Shown here: piece after piece, positions 38,532 through 48,925 of the stretch
Layout: every line of letters begins with the position of its first letter
Numbering within the stretch: position 1 is the first letter of the stretch
NCBI GenBank assembly: GCA_039630415.1
Contig: JBCNVB010000018.1
Span: 1-64,000, forward strand
Origin: a bacterium
Lineage (GTDB): Bacteria > DRYD01
Direction: 5' to 3'
Length of the DNA: 64,000 nt
The notes under the pieces: generated by a model
Database searches by the model: none
The model's input: the letters and a program-made list of their open reading frames with translations, nothing else
Told to the model about the DNA's origin: nothing
Translations under genes and position numbers: made by a program

Positions 38532-39638
38532 TCATAGTTTAACAAAGACTCCTAAGAAAAGGATGACAATATAAGCTACAATTCCGACAAAAGTTGCTCC
38601 AATAAATCCCACAATAAAAGGTTTTATCCCCATTCCTTTAAACACATGAAATTCCGTATTAAGTCCCACAGCAGCCATAGCTGTACCTAAAAGATATTTT
38701 GATCCCCAAACCTCTCCTAGAGTGTTTATTAGGTTTTTCCAACTATTATAGTCAAATACTCCTAAGGCTAAATATCCATTAGCCAAATTCATATCACCTA
38801 TAGATCTTACCAAAGCCATAGCAATAAACCCAAGGATAAACATAGGTATTATCTTGAATAAGTTAACTTTACCCTGTTCAGAAGAAGAACTTCTTAAGTA
38901 AAGAAAGGCTAGTAAAGGCACTACAATTGCAAGAAAGAGATTTCTAGTTAATTTGGTAACGGTAGCTGTTTTGAAAACAGTATCGTCATTGTAAACTTCT
39001 TTGTATGTTAAAGCAGCACCAACTACTTGAGAAGTTTCATGAATAGCAGTACCTATAAATAAACCTATCTGCTCGGAGGTAGTAAATAAAAATTTAGCCA
39101 GATATGGATACAAAAACATAGCGAGTAAACCAAAAATTGTCACGTTTGCAACTGAGTACGCTATTTCCTTATTTTCTGCCTTTATAGCAGGTGAAACAGA
39201 AACTATAGCAGTAACTCCACATATACTCGTACCTGCTGCTATCAATGTACCTAACTTCTCAGGTAACCTCATCATCTTATTTACCAAATAAATGAATATC
39301 AACGCAGAAAATATTACTATGAGCACTATAGGTATTCCCCAAGCACCTAACTTGAATACTTCACTTACACTCAGCTTTATACCAACCAATATAATTCCAA
39401 GCCGGAGAATCTTAGTTAGAGAAAATTCTATTCCCTTTTTAAATATATCTGGTAGCTTAATAGTATTTGCCACGATTATTCCAAGAATAATAGCAACAAG
39501 TACTGAAGATATGGGACTGCTTTTTCCTGTTGGATCTATTCCTTGGATTTTTAGAATCATTTTTCCTAAGTGATCAGCTATTGGTATAGACAACAGCATA
39601 AGTATCACAGACAAAATTACCCCTGGTATAATACTCAT
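38532..39638 (-). CDS. YeiH/PSE family putative sulfate/sulfur-compound exporter
   Basis: LRLGIILVG, GTSICGVTAI, GTAIHETSQV, KLTRN, AMAAVGL motifs. Confidence 0.9.
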   Translation of the reverse strand: MSIIPGVILSVILMLLSIPIADHLGKMILKIQGIDPTGKSSPISSVLVAIILGIIVANTIKLPDIFKKGIEFSLTKILRLGIILVGIKLSVSEVFKLGAWGIPIVLIVIFSALIFIYLVNKMMRLPEKLGTLIAAGTSICGVTAIVSVSPAIKAENKEIAYSVANVTIFGLLAMFLYPYLAKFLFTTSEQIGLFIGTAIHETSQVVGAALTYKEVYNDDTVFKTATVTKLTRNLFLAIVVPLLAFLYLRSSSSEQGKVNLFKIIPMFILGFIAMALVRSIGDMNLANGYLALGVFDYNSWKNLINTLGEVWGSKYLLGTAMAAVGLNTEFHVFKGMGIKPFIVGFIGATFVGIVAYIVILFLGVFVKL

Positions 39639-39668
39639 ACTAATCATCCCCCTTGTTGTAGGGTAAGT

Positions 39669-40247
39669 TTATATGAATATGGTCATAGCAGAGTTTAGTG
39701 CATGGGATAAGAAGTAAGCAACCCCTCCAGATTCCACTCCTTCAATTAATTCCTCATCTTGTATTCCTAGTACATCTTTTGACATTTCACAAGCTATGAA
39801 CTTGACTCCTATCTCCTTGGCCATTTTCATTAATTCTTCTAAAGTGCTAACATTTTTTTCTCTCATCATATTTCTAAGCATAGTAGCACCAATCCCAAAG
39901 AAATTCATTTTAGATACAGGTAACTGTGAAGAGGAGGAGGGGTTAAGAAGAGAGAACATAACTTGGTGCCATTTTTTGTTGTTTAATTTTCGCTTAGCTT
40001 TTATAGCGTTTATCCCCCAGAATGTAAAGAATACACTTACTTGTTTACCAAAAGCGGCAGCACCAGTTGCTATTATCATTGAAGCCAGCACTCTATCCAA
40101 ATCACCTGAAAAAACTACTATGGCAACCTTATCTTTCTGTTCAATAATGCTAGATAGTTCTGATCTGAGTTGATTTATTTGCTGTTGTAAAGTATCTATT
40201 TGACTCTTTAAATCCTGTATGCTATCTTTTGTAATTTCTGGAGTCAT
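39669..40247 (-). CDS. DsrE/DrsE_2 family sulfur-relay protein with N-terminal coiled coil
   Basis: IVVFSGDLD, IIATGAAA, FFTFWG, SKMNFFG.G, IACEMS motifs. Confidence 0.88.
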   Translation of the reverse strand: MTPEITKDSIQDLKSQIDTLQQQINQLRSELSSIIEQKDKVAIVVFSGDLDRVLASMIIATGAAAFGKQVSVFFTFWGINAIKAKRKLNNKKWHQVMFSLLNPSSSSQLPVSKMNFFGIGATMLRNMMREKNVSTLEELMKMAKEIGVKFIACEMSKDVLGIQDEELIEGVESGGVAYFLSHALNSAMTIFI

Positions 40248-40259
40248 AAAGATTCCCTC

Positions 40260-40520
40260 CTACTTTTTCTTAATGTAGTGGACATAGATTTCTTTTCCAT
40301 CCTGATCTTTTTCTGTTGCTTGATGTACAAGCTCTATGGATTTATCTACGTTAGCCCATCCTTGGAAATCTTTTAAAGATCCTTTGTCAGTAGCTATAAC
40401 TTTGATTACCATTCCACTTGAAACTTTATTAACTTCTTGTTTAGCTTTGACAAGGGGCATAGGACAAGAAAGCCCCTTGACGTCTAGCAATAAATTATAG
40501 CTCAAGTTTCCTTGACTCAT
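40260..40520 (-). CDS. TusA family sulfurtransferase
   Basis: LDVKGLSCPMPLVK and ATDKGS..DF..W motifs. Confidence 0.92.
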   Translation of the reverse strand: MSQGNLSYNLLLDVKGLSCPMPLVKAKQEVNKVSSGMVIKVIATDKGSLKDFQGWANVDKSIELVHQATEKDQDGKEIYVHYIKKK

Positions 40521-40542
40521 CGAAATACACCTCCTTTAGATT

Positions 40543-41733
40543 TTATGATTTATAAGCCTGGGAAAGAGCACATACGTTTTTACCAGTTTCTAACTCTTCT
40601 GCTCTTTCCTCGTCAACTTCTATGAGCTCTATGTTGACTCTCTTGATTTCAACGTATTCAGGTGGGAAGGTTGGTAAGCTAGATAGCATGTATTTTACAA
40701 ATTCTTCTTTTCCTTTAGTTATTAACAAGTTTAGTGCTTCATTCGATTTTTTGAGATTTCCAAGTGTTTCAATAAATAATCCTTGTTCGTTAGCTTCGGA
40801 TATTTTACTAAAGTGTGCAGGTAAAACAATTGTATCATCTGGAAGTTTTGTAAGTCTTGAAAGTGATTCAGCTTGCATTGGAGCCCAGGTTTCCCCTCTA
40901 CCACCAAGGTCAGGTCTTGCAACGGATACGATGAATATCGTATCTCCTGTAAACAGGTATTTATCGTTTACCAAGTACACCAAGTTACCTAAAGTATGCC
41001 CTGGTACATGAATTACTTTGATTTTTGCAGATCCCAGTTCAAGTACATCCCCTTCTTTTAGGAAAGAGAATTGAACTTTACCAATCATAACATCAACTGG
41101 ATGGATAGCATCATATGGATGGAAGTAGTAAGGCACGTTTAGCATTCTAGAAAGTTTTGGTCCACCACTTATGTGGTCAGCATGAATGTGAGTGTCTAGG
41201 ATAAACTTTATTTTGGCTCCTTTTTGGTTTATGAAGTCTATGTATTTTTCGACGTGTCTTAATGGATCTATTATGGTTGCTTCGTTGTTAGATATGATTA
41301 CCCAACTGAGATCTCCTCTAGAAATTCTGCTTATTTGGTATATGGATAGTTCTGGTGATTCTATAACGGTTTTGTAGTCGTAGTAGTTAAACCAGTTTTG
41401 CATACCTCCTTCGAGATTGTAGGCTTTGTATCCTAGTTTTGTGAGGTTATTGACAAAGAGTTGAGAGGTTCCACCTTTGTCACATACGACATAAAGTTCT
41501 TCATTCTTAGAGAACATGTTTGGGAAGTTGTTTTGGATGTATTTAGTCATATCTGCGTCTATATCTCCTGTTTCGAGCATTTGTGCATAGTAGATATTGA
41601 ATATTGAGAAGTTTTGTTTACCTTCTATTTTGTGGGTTTTGAATTTTTCTGGGCTTCTAAGGTCTATTAGAGTTATTTTTTGGTCTTTTTGCATTTTTTC
41701 GTATAGTTCTTGAGGGGTTATTGTTTGTGTCAT
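40543..41733 (-). CDS. Rhodanese plus MBL-fold persulfide dioxygenase-like fusion (YrkH-like)
   Basis: N-terminal rhodanese (IDLR, VVCDKGGTS, LEGGM..W); MBL motifs DTHIHADH, PGHT, FTGD, RPDL, PAH; RBS AGGAGGTG before ATG 41733. Confidence 0.9.
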   Translation of the reverse strand: MTQTITPQELYEKMQKDQKITLIDLRSPEKFKTHKIEGKQNFSIFNIYYAQMLETGDIDADMTKYIQNNFPNMFSKNEELYVVCDKGGTSQLFVNNLTKLGYKAYNLEGGMQNWFNYYDYKTVIESPELSIYQISRISRGDLSWVIISNNEATIIDPLRHVEKYIDFINQKGAKIKFILDTHIHADHISGGPKLSRMLNVPYYFHPYDAIHPVDVMIGKVQFSFLKEGDVLELGSAKIKVIHVPGHTLGNLVYLVNDKYLFTGDTIFIVSVARPDLGGRGETWAPMQAESLSRLTKLPDDTIVLPAHFSKISEANEQGLFIETLGNLKKSNEALNLLITKGKEEFVKYMLSSLPTFPPEYVEIKRVNIELIEVDEERAEELETGKNVCALSQAYKS

Positions 41734-41753
41734 GTTATTCACCTCCTGTTTTC

Positions 41754-41818
41754 TATACCCCTTACCCTTATACCCATACCCCTATACCCTTTACCCTTCC
41801 CACTATAATATTATACCC
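41754..41818 (-). promoter_or_regulatory. Promoter/operator region of the sulfur operon: GGGTA repeats (eight G-tracts) and a TATAAT box
   Basis: Minus strand reads GGGTATAATATTATAGTGGGAAGGGTAAAGGGTATAGGGGTATGGGTATAAGGGTAAGGGGTATA directly upstream of the RBS. G-tract/TA sites are typical of CsoR/RcnR/CstR operators. Confidence 0.65.
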
Positions 41819-41895
41819 AAAACTAGAACATCCTCCTACCTAAAATAACCTATAAACATTGATTTTTGTCAATAAAAATATCGAAAACCTAAATC

Positions 41896-42150
41896 TTATC
41901 CAGCTTGCTTTTTAACAACAAAATCAACATGAATTTTTTTGTTTATCTTAGCACCATAAGCCATAACAATAGCCTTAATAGAAGTCAATAACATCTTGTT
42001 CCTGTTTAAAAAATTAAAATCGTTCTTGGAAACATAAGCTTTTAAATAAACATTCTTAGAATCTTCTTTCCCAGTTACATGAAATTCCGAAAGAAGTAAA
42101 GACAACAAGTAACTGAGTATTTGCTCCGCATTTGATACTTTACTTAGCAT
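41896..42150 (-). CDS. KhpA-like small KH-domain protein (degenerate)
   Basis: About 84 aa; V...D.......MLLTSIKAIV.A.G.K..KKI.VD pattern like KhpA; GXXG loop not conserved. Confidence 0.5.
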   Translation of the reverse strand: MLSKVSNAEQILSYLLSLLLSEFHVTGKEDSKNVYLKAYVSKNDFNFLNRNKMLLTSIKAIVMAYGAKINKKIHVDFVVKKQAG

Positions 42151-42155
42151 ATCTA

Positions 42156-43409
42156 TCACCTTCCGACGTACACCGGATAAGCAGAGGATATTTCTTTAAC
42201 TTTATCTGAAACGTACTCCTTTTTCGAAGGATCCTTGAGTATTGTAGAAATTAGTTTGGCTACTTCGATCACCTCGTTTTCTTTGAACCCTCTGGTGGTT
42301 ATTGATGGAGTTCCTATCCTTATTCCACTAGTTATTCTCGGGGGTTGGGGATCATATGGAATTACGTTTTTATTTACATATATCCCCACCTGATTTAGAA
42401 GTTCTTCAGCTTCTTTACCTGTAAGACCAGTATTTCTTAAGTCAACTAAAAACATATGACAATCAGTTCCTTGAGAAACTATCCTAAAACCTTCCTCTTG
42501 TAAAGTTTTTGCAAATACTTTAGCATTAGAAACAACTTGTTTTTGATACTCTACAAATTCTGGAGTTTGAGCTAATTTAAAAGCGACAGCTTTAGCAGCT
42601 ATCACATGCATTAAGGGTCCACCCTGAACACCAGGAAAAACCGATTTATCTATATCTTTTGAGTACTCTTTTTTGCAGAGTATAATTCCTCCCCTGGGTC
42701 CTCTAAGAGTTTTGTGGGTAGTAGAAGTTACAAAATCTGCATAAGGTACAGGAGAAGGATAAACCCCAGCTGCAATTAACCCCGAATAATGAGCCATATC
42801 AAATAAAAAATAACAGCTCACTTCTTTAGCTATTTCAGCAAAGATTTTTGAATCTATAACTCTTGAGTAACTTGAGGCACCTGCTAGGATCATTTTTGGC
42901 CTGTATTTTAAAGCCAAGTCCCTCACCTGATCATAATCTATTAACTCATCTTTTCTCGAAACACCATAATGTATCACATTGTAGATTTGTCCCGAGAAAT
43001 TAACAGGGCTACCATGGGTTAAATGTCCTCCACAGCTCAAGTCCATTGTAAGAATAGTATCCCCTGGTTTGAGAAAGGCAAAAAATACTGCCATATTGGC
43101 CTGCGCTCCTGAATGAGGCTGAACATTAGCATGCTCAGCTTTATATAAACTCTTCAATCTTTCAATCGCTATGCTTTCTATTTGATCTATGTATTGACAA
43201 CCAGAATAATATCTTTTACCAGGATAACCCTCTGCATATTTATTTGAAAGAGCTGTTCCCATTGCTTGTAGTACAGCTTTAAAAGCATAGTTTTCCGAAG
43301 CAATTAAATTTATTCCCTCAGATTGTCTTTTAGTTTCTTTTTCGATCAAACTAAATATTTCTGGATCTATTTCTTGAAGGTCAGAATTTATTTCAGAAAA
43401 TCTTATCAA
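42156..43409 (-). CDS. glyA: Serine hydroxymethyltransferase
   Basis: [56 protein letters not shown]; probable TTG start after GGAGG. Confidence 0.96.
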   Translation of the reverse strand: MIRFSEINSDLQEIDPEIFSLIEKETKRQSEGINLIASENYAFKAVLQAMGTALSNKYAEGYPGKRYYSGCQYIDQIESIAIERLKSLYKAEHANVQPHSGAQANMAVFFAFLKPGDTILTMDLSCGGHLTHGSPVNFSGQIYNVIHYGVSRKDELIDYDQVRDLALKYRPKMILAGASSYSRVIDSKIFAEIAKEVSCYFLFDMAHYSGLIAAGVYPSPVPYADFVTSTTHKTLRGPRGGIILCKKEYSKDIDKSVFPGVQGGPLMHVIAAKAVAFKLAQTPEFVEYQKQVVSNAKVFAKTLQEEGFRIVSQGTDCHMFLVDLRNTGLTGKEAEELLNQVGIYVNKNVIPYDPQPPRITSGIRIGTPSITTRGFKENEVIEVAKLISTILKDPSKKEYVSDKVKEISSAYPVYVGR

Positions 43410-44115
43410 GCAAAACACCTCCCAATTTTGACCTATAAATGTCTATAATTTCCCTTGACTTTTGGAAACTAATTTGTATTATTTCAGATAAAAGTTCAGG
43501 ATTCATAAAATCTTTTTCAGAAGAGAATTGCAGTTCGGATATTTTGTTGTCTGCGGTTACGACAATATTAAGATCAACATCTGCTGAACTATCCTCAATA
43601 TAGTTTGGATCAAGAAGAATTTGCCCATCTTGAATAACAAAACTCATAGCAGCTATGACACTTTTTAGCGGTATACATTCAATTGCTCCCTGTTGCAGGA
43701 GTTTGTTAAAAGCCACTAAGAGAGCTACAAAACCGGTATTAATACAAGCTATTCTTGTTCCTCCATCAGCCTGTAAAACATCACAATCAACTATGAGCTG
43801 GTATTTGGGGAATTTGTATAGGTCGAATGCACTTCTGAGAACCCTAGATACTATTCTTCTTATTTCCTGCGCTCTGGCATTTACAATGTTAGGGTTTCTT
43901 GTTATGGTAGATGCTGGTAACATACGATATTCAGCAGTAATCCATCCATGCCCTAATCCTTTGCAAAAATCAGGTAGCGCGTCTGTTAAAGTTACGCTTA
44001 CCAAAACAACAGTATCACCAAGAACTCCCTTTACACAAGAAAAAGGTATTTTTAGATAGTCAACATGAAAATCCATTTTTCTAAATTCTAGGTTCTGTCT
44101 ACCATCTATTCTCAT
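43393..44115 (-). CDS. rph: Ribonuclease PH
   Basis: [24 protein letters not shown]...[26 protein letters not shown] motifs. Confidence 0.9.
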   Translation of the reverse strand: MRIDGRQNLEFRKMDFHVDYLKIPFSCVKGVLGDTVVLVSVTLTDALPDFCKGLGHGWITAEYRMLPASTITRNPNIVNARAQEIRRIVSRVLRSAFDLYKFPKYQLIVDCDVLQADGGTRIACINTGFVALLVAFNKLLQQGAIECIPLKSVIAAMSFVIQDGQILLDPNYIEDSSADVDLNIVVTADNKISELQFSSEKDFMNPELLSEIIQISFQKSREIIDIYRSKLGGVLLDKIF

Positions 44116-44890
44116 TTTCATCTTCCTCTCTGAAAATATCATCTTCTAGGTTTAGGTATTCTGTCGTGTTAGTTTCATCAATATTTTCTTCAGGAATATT
44201 CTCTTCAGATGGTTGATCTAGAGATAATTGTTCTAGTTCTAAATCCTGATCGTCGAGATCCATTATAACGGTTTCACGATAGGTTTCTGTTTTTTTTATG
44301 TTTTGAGGCATAAATTCTTCTAATGATTCTTCTTTTTGGACTTCAAAATTGATGTATGAAAAATCATCAAAGGATACGTCATAGTCTTCAAGCTCGGAAG
44401 TATATCCGATAAAAGGAGTCTCTGCCTCTTCTCTAACTATTCCGATATTTTTCTTCAGTACTATTATGTACTCGGATTTTCCGAATTTGTTTTCTTCTAT
44501 ATAGACGATTTTGGATGTTTCTTTTTCCTGAGTCTTAGTGTTTTTGAAAAGGATTTTAGAGGGTACAAAACCTGCTTTTCCTTCCCAACTCCACCAGTCT
44601 ATACTTTCAAAGTTAAAAGGGAGAAAAGGTACAATTGGATCGTATACAACCAAATTATCCTCTATCTTTTTTGCATATAGGAATATGCCGTCTTTTTGTA
44701 TTATGTACGATTCCTTTTTTATTTCCTCATCTTCTACGTAGTATGAAAATATGTATATTGCCTTATCCGAGAAGGGTATTTTCTCGGTTATAACTACTTT
44801 GGTTATCAGGTAATCGTTACTAAATTTTTCAGATGTTTTATATATCCAGGTGTTTTTTATGTTTAGTGGAAAATAAAGCCAGAAACTCAT
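44099..44890 (-). CDS. Hypothetical protein with acidic C-terminal tail
   Basis: YFPL...NTWIY beta-rich N-terminal part; D/E-rich C-terminus; between clpC and rph. Confidence 0.6.
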   Translation of the reverse strand: MSFWLYFPLNIKNTWIYKTSEKFSNDYLITKVVITEKIPFSDKAIYIFSYYVEDEEIKKESYIIQKDGIFLYAKKIEDNLVVYDPIVPFLPFNFESIDWWSWEGKAGFVPSKILFKNTKTQEKETSKIVYIEENKFGKSEYIIVLKKNIGIVREEAETPFIGYTSELEDYDVSFDDFSYINFEVQKEESLEEFMPQNIKKTETYRETVIMDLDDQDLELEQLSLDQPSEENIPEENIDETNTTEYLNLEDDIFREEDENENRW

Positions 44891-44895
44891 TTATA

Positions 44896-47379
44896 TTATT
44901 CAGTATTTACTTCTATGACGTTTATCTTGAGGGGATCATTCTTGGTTACTTGGAATTTTATTTGTCCGTCCTGTACATAAGCTTTTATTTCTGCTTCTTC
45001 GAACACGTTGTTTTTCAACATCTCTTCAGCTAAGTTTTCCTCTATTAGGGTTGTTATACTTCTTCTTAGTGGCCTAGCTCCAAAACTGGGGTTATATCCA
45101 TGTTTTACTATTAGTTCTCTTACCTGATCATCTATTTCTAGTTTTATCTTTCTGGAAGCTAGTTCTTTTTGAACTGGTTTTAATAGAATATCTACGATTG
45201 CTTTGAGTTCGTTTAATCCTAGTGGTCTAAAGACTAGAATTTCGTCTATTCTATTGAGTAGTTCAGGTCGGAAAAGTTTTTTAACCTCTTCCATTACTTT
45301 TGCTTTCATTTTATTGTAAACTTTGTCAGGATCTTCTTCCTTTTTCTCTGTTCTTAATCCTAGTTCTCTAGTGGTTACTGTTTCATGTGTACCTACGTTT
45401 GAGGTCATGATTATAATGGTATTTTTAAAGTCAACAGTTCTGCCTTGGCTATCAGTAAGTCTACCATCTTCAAATATTTGAAGGAGTATGTTAAAAACAT
45501 CTGGGTGAGCCTTTTCTATTTCATCGAATAGGACTACGGAGAAGGGTCTTCTTCTGACTCTTTCGGTTAGTTGTCCTCCTTCTTCGTACCCCACGTATCC
45601 TGGTGGTGCTCCTATAAGTCTGGTAACAGAGAATTTTTCCATATATTCTGACATATCTATTCTGATTAAAGCTTCTTCTGTTCCGAAGAGGAACTCAGCT
45701 AGGGCTTTAGCTGTTTCTGTTTTACCTACGCCGGTTGGTCCAAGGAACATAAATACTCCTACGGGGCGCTTGGGGTCTTTTATACCTGCTCTGGCTCTTC
45801 TTACAGCCTTTGATATTTTTGTTATTACCTCGTCCTGTCCAACCACTCTTTCTTTTAGATAGTTTTCCATGTTAATAAGTTTTTCGGTTTCGCTTTGGGT
45901 AAGTTTAGTTACCGGTATACCTGTCCAGGCGGAGACTATTTCTGCAATGTGTTCCTCTTTAACTACATTTTCTTCATTATCTGGGTTAGCTATTTTCATT
46001 CTCCATTGCAGTTCTAATTCTTCTTTTTTAAGTCTTAGAGCTTCTTCTTCTTTTTTGAGTTTTTTAGCTTGTTCAAAGTCTTCAGAATGAGAATAATACT
46101 CTTTTTCTCTTTGTATTTCCTTGAGTCTATTTTCTATTTCAACGAGTTCTGGTGGGTATTGATATAGTTTAAGTCTCAGTTTTGCTGCAGCCTCATCTAC
46201 CAAGTCTATTGCTTTATCTGGTAAATATCTATCGGATATGTATCGGTAAGATAGTTTAACGGCAGCTTCGATAGCTTCGTCTGATATTTTTACTTTATGG
46301 TGGGCTTCATATCTATCTCTGAGTCCCTTAAGGATAGTAATAGCTTCTTCTATTGAGGGTTCTTCTACCATTACTGATTGGAATCGTCTTTCCAAAGCTG
46401 CGTCTTTTTCTATATGTTTTCTGTATTCTTGGATAGTGGTAGCACCGATTGTTTGAATTTCACCTCTGGCAAGAGCAGGTTTGAGAATGTTAGAGGCATC
46501 TATAGCCCCTTCTGCAGCTCCAGCTCCTATTATGGTGTGTAATTCGTCTATAAAGAGAATTATTGTTCCTGCTGCTTCTCTTATTTCTTCCATTACTCTC
46601 TTCATTCTTTCTTCGAATTCTCCCCTGTATTTTGTACCAGCTACAAGTCCAGCCAAGTCCATAGCTATTACTCTTTTACCTCTAAGTAGATCAGGTACTT
46701 CGTTTTTTACTATTTTTTGAGCAAGTCCTTCCACAATGGCTGTTTTTCCAACTCCTGGTTCACCTATAAGTACGGGGTTGTTTTTGGTTCTCCTCGATAG
46801 AATTTGGATAACTCTTTGTATTTCTTTGGTTCTACCGATAACTGGGTCGAGTTTACCTTCTTTAGCAAGTTTGGTGAGATCTCTTCCATACATATCCAAG
46901 GTAGGAGTTTTAACTTCGTGTTCTTTATGTTTTCTAACAAAATCGAATCCCATTATTCTGGTTAGTTCTTCTTTTAGTGCGTTAATGTTTACGTTGATTT
47001 TTTGGAGGATTCTGTAACCGACACCACCTGTTTCGGAGAGGATTCCAAGAAGTATGTGTTCAGGTCCTATATAGTTGTGATTCATGGATCTCGCTTCGTC
47101 AAATGCATTTTCTATGGCTTTCTTTGCCCGTGGAGAGAATTCTAATTCCGTTTTGGAGCTAATAGTTTGAGATTTACCAAGAAAATTCTCTATTTCTTTT
47201 TTTAGTTTTTGATAGGTTATGTCGTATTTGTTGAGTATTTTGGCAGCTATGCTTTCACCTTCTACTACTATACCGAGTAGCAAATGTTCTGTTCCGACGT
47301 GAGAGGAGCCAAGGTTTTTTGCTTCTTCCTGAGCAAATATTATAACTTTTTTAGCTCTCTCTGTGAAAGTTTCCCACAT
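44896..47379 (-). CDS. clpC: ATP-dependent Clp protease ATPase ClpC
   Basis: Two Clp-N repeats, [17 protein letters not shown]-type M domain, [27 protein letters not shown]. Confidence 0.93.
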   Translation of the reverse strand: MWETFTERAKKVIIFAQEEAKNLGSSHVGTEHLLLGIVVEGESIAAKILNKYDITYQKLKKEIENFLGKSQTISSKTELEFSPRAKKAIENAFDEARSMNHNYIGPEHILLGILSETGGVGYRILQKINVNINALKEELTRIMGFDFVRKHKEHEVKTPTLDMYGRDLTKLAKEGKLDPVIGRTKEIQRVIQILSRRTKNNPVLIGEPGVGKTAIVEGLAQKIVKNEVPDLLRGKRVIAMDLAGLVAGTKYRGEFEERMKRVMEEIREAAGTIILFIDELHTIIGAGAAEGAIDASNILKPALARGEIQTIGATTIQEYRKHIEKDAALERRFQSVMVEEPSIEEAITILKGLRDRYEAHHKVKISDEAIEAAVKLSYRYISDRYLPDKAIDLVDEAAAKLRLKLYQYPPELVEIENRLKEIQREKEYYSHSEDFEQAKKLKKEEEALRLKKEELELQWRMKIANPDNEENVVKEEHIAEIVSAWTGIPVTKLTQSETEKLINMENYLKERVVGQDEVITKISKAVRRARAGIKDPKRPVGVFMFLGPTGVGKTETAKALAEFLFGTEEALIRIDMSEYMEKFSVTRLIGAPPGYVGYEEGGQLTERVRRRPFSVVLFDEIEKAHPDVFNILLQIFEDGRLTDSQGRTVDFKNTIIIMTSNVGTHETVTTRELGLRTEKKEEDPDKVYNKMKAKVMEEVKKLFRPELLNRIDEILVFRPLGLNELKAIVDILLKPVQKELASRKIKLEIDDQVRELIVKHGYNPSFGARPLRRSITTLIEENLAEEMLKNNVFEEAEIKAYVQDGQIKFQVTKNDPLKINVIEVNTE

Positions 47380-47432
47380 TTCATTTCACCTACCTTAGAT
47401 GGATTCAATAGCTTTAGAGTATCTTCTCAATA

Positions 47433-48587
47433 CTATTTTCTTAGGTTAGATGGTATATTTTTGATATCTATTTCATCTAGGTTATGTTCATCGGAGATGT
47501 TAACTGCTTCGAATATAGTTTCTTGTTTTTCTTCAGTTTTTCTCTTAATGGATGATTCACTTTTTATATCTATTTTCCATTTGGTTATAGTAGCTGTAAG
47601 TTTAGCGTTGTATCCTTCTTTACCTATGGCGATAGATAATTGCTCATCTGGTACGATTATTCGTGCTATTTTGTTTTCATAGTCTAGATCGAGTGAGAGT
47701 ATTTTAACATTTCCAAGAGCTCTAGGTATGAGAACCTTTGGGTCATCTGAGTGTAGGATAACATCAATTCTTTCGCCATTTATTTCATTAACCACGTTTT
47801 GTATTCTGAAGTTTTTGGGTCCTAGGATAGTAGATACAGGGTCTAGGTAGGGCAGTTTACTTCTTACGGTTAATTTGGTTCTATATCCTGGTTGCCTTAC
47901 AATTTCTACTATCTCTATGTTTCCTTCCTTTATTTCGTTATATTCTTTTTCTAGTAGTTTTCTAATAAACAGAGGGCTTTTACGGTTAAGAATTGCTACT
48001 ATGTTACTTTTGGTGTTATCTTCCTTTATTCCGATTATTAGGAAAGACATTTTTTTGTTTACGAAGTAGGGTTCATTTTTTACTTGGTATATTGGTGGTA
48101 GGAGTCCTATAGCTTTTTCAAATTCTACCCATACATTTCCTCTTTCGTCTTTTTTTCTGATAGTGCCGGTGTAGACGGTTTTCAGGTTTTTGGTTATTTC
48201 TTGGTAGGCGGCTTCGTATTCTAGTTCTTTAATTTTTTGAGCGAGCAGTTGTTTTGCTACAAGAGCTTCTGATCGGGAAAAATCTTTATCATTAGCTTCA
48301 ACAAATATTTTTTCCCCCTCTTTTACATTTTTGTTATATTTTTTTTGAGCTTCTTTTAGGGTTATTTGGAGGGGATTGCCATTAGTTATGGTTTTAACCA
48401 CTTCTTTTTCTATTAGTATTTTCATGTCGTCCTTTTCAATTTCTATTTTTACGTTTGGTGTTACTTTATACTTTTTTTTGAAGGATTTGGATATAGAGTC
48501 TGAGAGAATTTCTATAAGTTTTTCAAGAGGGATTCCTTTTTCGTAGGATAGCTGTCTTATGGCGCTAAGAAGTACTCTGGTTTGCAT
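47433..48587 (-). CDS. nusA: Transcription termination/antitermination factor NusA
   Basis: NusA N-domain (EKGI), S1 and KH domains; RQPGYRTK, GERID, QLSIAIGKEGYNAKL...T.WKIDI. Confidence 0.93.
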   Translation of the reverse strand: MQTRVLLSAIRQLSYEKGIPLEKLIEILSDSISKSFKKKYKVTPNVKIEIEKDDMKILIEKEVVKTITNGNPLQITLKEAQKKYNKNVKEGEKIFVEANDKDFSRSEALVAKQLLAQKIKELEYEAAYQEITKNLKTVYTGTIRKKDERGNVWVEFEKAIGLLPPIYQVKNEPYFVNKKMSFLIIGIKEDNTKSNIVAILNRKSPLFIRKLLEKEYNEIKEGNIEIVEIVRQPGYRTKLTVRSKLPYLDPVSTILGPKNFRIQNVVNEINGERIDVILHSDDPKVLIPRALGNVKILSLDLDYENKIARIIVPDEQLSIAIGKEGYNAKLTATITKWKIDIKSESSIKRKTEEKQETIFEAVNISDEHNLDEIDIKNIPSNLRK

Positions 48588-48599
48588 TTTTATTCCCCC

Positions 48600-48860
48600 T
48601 TATTTTATTCCTTTTGATTGGACTTCTAAAAAATACTTTTCTTTTATTATGTCAATTTGATCGAGATAGCTTTCTATTCTTTTACTGTACATTTCGCAAT
48701 CTTTAATTGATGTTCCGCCTTCCCTTGAAATCGTAAATCTTAGAATTAGATTTTTTTTATGTCTGAATAGTTTTATGTCATGTAATTGTAATTCGAGATC
48801 ATTGGCTATTTGAATAGCTTTCTCCTTTATAGCTTCTACTATTTCGTGGTTACTTCTCAT
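48600..48860 (-). CDS. rimP: Ribosome maturation factor RimP (N-terminal domain only)
   Basis: LRFTI...GG.SIKDC...S..I...LD..D.I...YFLEVQSKG; directly upstream of nusA. Confidence 0.8.
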   Translation of the reverse strand: MRSNHEIVEAIKEKAIQIANDLELQLHDIKLFRHKKNLILRFTISREGGTSIKDCEMYSKRIESYLDQIDIIKEKYFLEVQSKGIK

Positions 48861-48925
48861 AATTTTTCACCACATTCATCCCAACATCTCAATAAATTTA
48901 TTCTATAAATTCAATTAGTAAACCT

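Noticed and set aside
37136..41733. Selenocysteine or stop-codon recoding in the sulfur enzymes
   Set aside because: Catalytic positions are ordinary Cys codons, and the ORFs are complete under the standard bacterial code.
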